Shown piece after piece: positions 6,766-10,514 of a stretch of 10,514 nt of DNA. Source of the stretch: Candidatus Firestoneibacteriota bacterium. GTDB taxonomy: Bacteria > Oederibacteriota > D2-FULL-39-29 > JBDRBU01. Made by a program: the position numbers and the translations under genes. The stretch covers positions 1-10,514 of the forward strand of contig JBDRBU010000032.1 in the NCBI GenBank assembly GCA_043822305.1, in the 5' to 3' direction. The notes under the pieces are model-generated. The model worked only from the letters and a program-made list of their open reading frames with translations, searched no databases and was not told where the DNA came from. The first letter of the stretch is position 1; each line of letters starts with the position of its first letter.

Positions 6766-6884
6766 AAGTAGGGACAGCGCCTACTTGTTTTAATTCGCCC
6801 AGATAAATTGGGCAACTACTTAACGCAGGCTAACCCTGTACCACTCGTTATACTCGGATACAGGACTAAAGAGCCTGCGACTAC
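6766..6884. repeat. Cluster of short palindromic (REP-like) elements
   Basis: Hairpin AAGTAGG-gacagcg-CCTACTT (6766-6786). Minus-strand GTAG-TT-GCCCA...TGGGC unit (6819-6796). Minus-strand GTAG-T-CGCAGGCT...AGCCTGCG unit (6884-6824) with inner stem CCTGTA/TACAGG. Confidence 0.7.
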
Positions 6885-6904
6885 CAATAATCGACCACTA
6901 ACCG

Positions 6905-7366
6905 CTACTTGGCTATGGCCAGTATTAAGGCTATTACAGCCAGGCCAGATGCAACAACTCCCCAATATTCCCATTTTAAGACATTATCAATTGATGCGTT
7001 TTTTTCTTTGTCTTTCTGATCAAGAGTCTCATTTATTAATTTCCTACATTCAACAGTATTTTCTATATTTGAATCTAAATTTTTCTTTAAAACAGAAATA
7101 GATTCTCTAATACTTTTAATATCATCTGATTTTATCTTTATCTCATCATTGACTATATCAAATTTTACTTTAAACCCTTCTACTTCGTTTGTAAGTTTGT
7201 CTAAAATTAATTTATCAATTGATTTCGAAATTTCTTCGTTGTTTTTGATTAAATTATCAATTCTCTCTTGTATGTTTTTTAAACTACTTTGAAAATCTAT
7301 CTGAGCTTGTGGCTCTTCAGCAAAAACAAAGGCAACAAGCAATAATAAATATAGGAAACTTTTCAT
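6905..7366 (-). CDS. Hypothetical exported coiled-coil protein with a C-terminal membrane anchor
   Basis: Signal peptide MKSFLYLLLLVAFVFA, heptad-like I/L periodicity, C-terminal hydrophobic helix WGVVASGLAVIALILAIAK. ATG directly follows the nuoN stop (TAAATG). Confidence 0.8.
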   Translation of the reverse strand: MKSFLYLLLLVAFVFAEEPQAQIDFQSSLKNIQERIDNLIKNNEEISKSIDKLILDKLTNEVEGFKVKFDIVNDEIKIKSDDIKSIRESISVLKKNLDSNIENTVECRKLINETLDQKDKEKNASIDNVLKWEYWGVVASGLAVIALILAIAK

Positions 7367-8800
7367 TTAAAATACTCCACTAAAATACATTGCTGATTCT
7401 TTAGCAAATCTTATAAAAAACTCGGGGAATATACAAATAATTAGAACCATAACAGCACTTATTCCAATAGTTATGGTTAAACTTAACGAAACTCGGACAT
7501 CAAATTCTACTTTTGGTTGAGTAAAATATATTTGGCGCACAATTCTGAAATAATAATACAACGCAATTACACTATTTAAAATTCCTACTATAGCCAGCCA
7601 GACATAACCTGAATCAATTGCAGAATAAAAAACGAAAAATTTCCCCAGAAATCCCGCCGTAGGTGGAATACCTGCCAGTGAAAGCAAAAACAAGACAAAT
7701 ATTAAAGAAAGAATGGGATTTTTTAATGACATCCCCGCATAATCCCTTATATCATCACTACCTATTTTATTATAAATAGCAATAACTAGAGCAAAGGCAC
7801 CTATATTCATAAATAAATAAGCAAGAGTATAAATAAGAATCGCTTGTAGGCCTAATAAGCTATATGAAACAAAACCTATTAAAATATACCCAATATGGGC
7901 TATGCCTGAATACGCTAGAAGTCTTTTTACATTATTCTGGGAAATAGCGATTAAATTTCCCACAGTCATGGTCACGGCTGAAAGAACGGCTAAGATTAAA
8001 TTAATATTAGAATTCCCTCCCAGAACAACCATAAATGTGCGAATTAAAATCGCTAACCCGGCTGATTTTGAAGCCACAGATAAAAATGCAGTTACTGGAG
8101 TTGGTGCACCTTCATATGCATCTGGTGCCCACATATGAAATGGAACCAGAGCAATCTTAAAACCAAATCCAACCAACATAAGTAATAACGAAGTTAAAAA
8201 TAAAGGATTTATTCCATTAGTTTTAACCCAATTCTGAATAGCAAATAAATTACTTGACTGAGTTATACCTACAAGAAGCGAAGCACCATATATAAAAATA
8301 GCGGATGAAAAAGCACCAAGCAAAAAATATTTTAAAGAAGCTTCCCTTGATTTTAAATCCTGCCTTAAAAATCCAACAAGTATATAAAAAGTTATACTAA
8401 CAAATTCTATGCTTAAATAAATCATAAGAAGTTCGTTAGACATAACCATAAACATCATACCTAAAGTTGCAAAGACTATTAGAACTGAATACTCGCCTAT
8501 TTTAGAATCTGGTAAAATCTTAAAATCTTTAGAAAGAAGTAAAACAAATATTGAGCAAACTATAACTATGATTTTAAAATAAGTTGAAAAAGGATCAAGC
8601 CTAATTGAATTATTAAATAGCGATGTTGTCGTCCCGGAATATATAATCACTATTAGTAAACTTAACAGTAATCCAAATAATGCAATATCTAACAGTTTTC
8701 TTTTAGAACTTACAGAAAATATAAGATCCGCCATTAAAATAATAAGACCAAGGCAGAAAACAAATATTTCCGGAGACAAAAATAAAAAATCCTTAATCAT
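7367..8800 (-). CDS. nuoN: NADH-quinone oxidoreductase subunit N
   Basis: 'EASLKYFLLGAFSS', 'GFKIALVPFHMWAPDAYEGAPTPV', 'KRLLAYSGIAHIGY', 'SLAGIPPTAGFLGKF'. ATGA overlap with the nuoM stop. Confidence 0.96.
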   Translation of the reverse strand: MIKDFLFLSPEIFVFCLGLIILMADLIFSVSSKRKLLDIALFGLLLSLLIVIIYSGTTTSLFNNSIRLDPFSTYFKIIVIVCSIFVLLLSKDFKILPDSKIGEYSVLIVFATLGMMFMVMSNELLMIYLSIEFVSITFYILVGFLRQDLKSREASLKYFLLGAFSSAIFIYGASLLVGITQSSNLFAIQNWVKTNGINPLFLTSLLLMLVGFGFKIALVPFHMWAPDAYEGAPTPVTAFLSVASKSAGLAILIRTFMVVLGGNSNINLILAVLSAVTMTVGNLIAISQNNVKRLLAYSGIAHIGYILIGFVSYSLLGLQAILIYTLAYLFMNIGAFALVIAIYNKIGSDDIRDYAGMSLKNPILSLIFVLFLLSLAGIPPTAGFLGKFFVFYSAIDSGYVWLAIVGILNSVIALYYYFRIVRQIYFTQPKVEFDVRVSLSLTITIGISAVMVLIICIFPEFFIRFAKESAMYFSGVF

Positions 8801-10263
8801 ACCTTAACTCCTAATAAATTAATAAGTTTTGTTACCGTAGGTCCGGATAAATTAATTATTAAAGAAGGAATTATCCCTAATAAAATCATTAAAAAAGTTA
8901 AAGGAATTATTGATATTAACTCTCTTTTATCCATATCCCGCAAATCTTTCCATCTTTCATTTAATGGACCTAAAAATATTTTTTGGATCATAATTAAAAA
9001 ATAGGCTGCGGTAATAACTATACCCGAAATTGAAATTATAGTTATGAGTTTAAACACAGTAAATCCTCCGGATAAACACATAAACTCACTTATAAATCCG
9101 GCTAAGCCAGGAAGTCCAAGTGAAGCCAGACAGGAGACTATCATCATGCCGGTATAAACCGGAACTTTAACTCCCAACCCTCCAAAGGCATCAATATCTC
9201 TTAAATGTGCTCTGTCATAAATTACTCCAACAAGCAAAAATAAAGACCCTGTAATTATTCCATGATTAAACATTTGAAATATTGCTCCATTTAAACCAAC
9301 AGAATTCATGGCGGCCATGCCGAGTAAAACAAAACCCATATGACTAATACTGGAATAGGCGATCATCTTTTTCAAGTCTTTCTGAGCCATAGCCACAAAT
9401 GCTCCATAGACAATATTTATCAAGGCTAATATGGCCAGTGGATATGCAAAATATATGGCAGAAGAAGGTAAAATTGTATAACTCACTCTTAACATACCAT
9501 ATGTCCCCATCTTAAGTAAAACCCCTGCTAATATCACACTAACCGCCGTAGGTGCTTCAACATGAGCGTCTGGCAACCAGGTATGAAATGGAAACACAGG
9601 CACTTTAATGGCAAATCCTATAAATAAAGCAACATAAACAATATGTTGAAAAATTAGAGAAAATGGCTGATATTTAGCTAATTCAATCATGTTAAATGTA
9701 TGTGGATTACTTGCAAAGTAAAGACCTATGATGGCCAGAAGCATAATTACACTTCCAAATAATGTGTATAAAAAGAACTTTATGGCTGCATACTCTTTAC
9801 GAGGTCCACCCCAAATCCCTATTAAAAAATACATTGGGACAAGCATAACTTCCCAGAAGATATAAAACAAAAATAAATCCAAAGATACAAAAGCTCCTAT
9901 CATCCCGGTTTCAAGTAACAAGAAAAAGAAAAAGTACTCTTTAACTCTTTCTTTAATATTAAAAGAAAATATCACCGACAAGAAAGCAAGTAAAGGTGTA
10001 AGAATTAGCATGGCTACACTTAAGCCATCTATTCCCATAAAATAAGTAACACCCAGAGAAGGTATCCAGTCACATTTTTCAACAAATTGTAAATCAGAAG
10101 CACTCCGGTTAAAACTAAAAAATATCAAAAACCCTAAAACCAATGATAGAAAAGAAAACAGAGCAGCTGTCCATTGAATCCATTTTATTTTATCCTTTGG
10201 CAAGCATAAAACAATTATCGCTCCCATCAATGGTAAAAATGTTATCAATGTTAAAATCGGCAT
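8797..10263 (-). CDS. nuoM: NADH-quinone oxidoreductase subunit M
   Basis: 'DLFLFYIFWEVMLVPMYFLIGIWG', 'AIKVPVFPFHTWLPDAHVEAPT', 'LLKMGTYG', 'AYSSISHMG', 'LGLPGLAGFISEF'. GGAGGG RBS. Confidence 0.97.
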   Translation of the reverse strand: MPILTLITFLPLMGAIIVLCLPKDKIKWIQWTAALFSFLSLVLGFLIFFSFNRSASDLQFVEKCDWIPSLGVTYFMGIDGLSVAMLILTPLLAFLSVIFSFNIKERVKEYFFFFLLLETGMIGAFVSLDLFLFYIFWEVMLVPMYFLIGIWGGPRKEYAAIKFFLYTLFGSVIMLLAIIGLYFASNPHTFNMIELAKYQPFSLIFQHIVYVALFIGFAIKVPVFPFHTWLPDAHVEAPTAVSVILAGVLLKMGTYGMLRVSYTILPSSAIYFAYPLAILALINIVYGAFVAMAQKDLKKMIAYSSISHMGFVLLGMAAMNSVGLNGAIFQMFNHGIITGSLFLLVGVIYDRAHLRDIDAFGGLGVKVPVYTGMMIVSCLASLGLPGLAGFISEFMCLSGGFTVFKLITIISISGIVITAAYFLIMIQKIFLGPLNERWKDLRDMDKRELISIIPLTFLMILLGIIPSLIINLSGPTVTKLINLLGVKV

Positions 10264-10274
10264 AAAATCCCTCC

Positions 10275-10331
10275 AAAAGGGGTCAGGTCTATTTTCTTAG
10301 CATTTCCTAAAATAGGGACACATCCTATTTT
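10275..10331 (+). repeat. Two copies of the intergenic GGG(A/T)CA...CTATTT motif
   Basis: AAAAGGGGTCAGGTCTATTTT (10275-10295) and hairpin AAAATAGG-gacacat-CCTATTTT (10309-10331). Related copies at 2517-2535, 5237-5256 and 6766-6786. Confidence 0.6.
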
Positions 10332-10377
10332 TCCTACCCCTTATTTTATTTCCAAGTCAAGCACAGCTATCGGCATT

Positions 10378-10514
10378 GAGACTGTGTCGCAATGAAATTT
10401 TAAAAGTGATTTTTTAACATATAAACCACAAATTTAGCCCCTTATCCTCTCAAGTTACCAAAAGAAAACATTTCTTTAACCTTATAGTGGTCATGAACAA
10501 CTCTTCTACTACTT
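10378..10514. mobile_element. Possible terminus of an insertion sequence extending beyond the window
   Basis: GAGACTGTGTCGCAAT at 10378 resembles IS5/IS1182-type terminal repeats from memory. No nuoL C-terminus is readable here. The partner repeat is not in the window. Confidence 0.35.

Noticed and set aside
6766..6904. 6S RNA, tRNA, riboswitch or CRISPR array in the yicC upstream spacer
   Set aside because: No cloverleaf, no long 6S rod, no aptamer consensus I recognise and no repeat-spacer periodicity. Stacked REP-like hairpins explain it better.
10330..10360. TTGACT on the minus strand as the -35 of a nuoM promoter
   Set aside because: No acceptable -10 box at 16-18 bp spacing.

Overview
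AT-rich bacterial window. From 2534 to 10263 it is a minus-strand housekeeping run: nuoM, nuoN, a membrane-anchored coiled-coil protein, yicC, gmk (split by one extra base), rpoZ, a family-4 uracil-DNA glycosylase and priA (helicase motifs degenerate). The left part is accessory DNA: a truncated DDE transposase and an exported CsgG/HfaB-like protein gene. The main finding is a 663-nt ORF-less group II intron (minus strand, 1907 to 1245) inserted 1 nt after that gene's start codon. Its predicted exon-binding sites pair with the host Shine-Dalgarno and ATG, and splicing restores an in-frame MKKQ signal peptide. Domain 6 carries a near copy of the SD+ATG in frame with the 3' exon, and overlapping stop-free frames span the whole intron, so the gene could be translated with or without splicing. 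Intergenic spaces hold a recurring GGGACA-type hairpin motif, GTAG REP-like units (one with a nested 32-bp palindromic insert) and an exact 22-nt parallel-complement purine/pyrimidine pair. All calls come from reading the sequence by eye; no searches were run.
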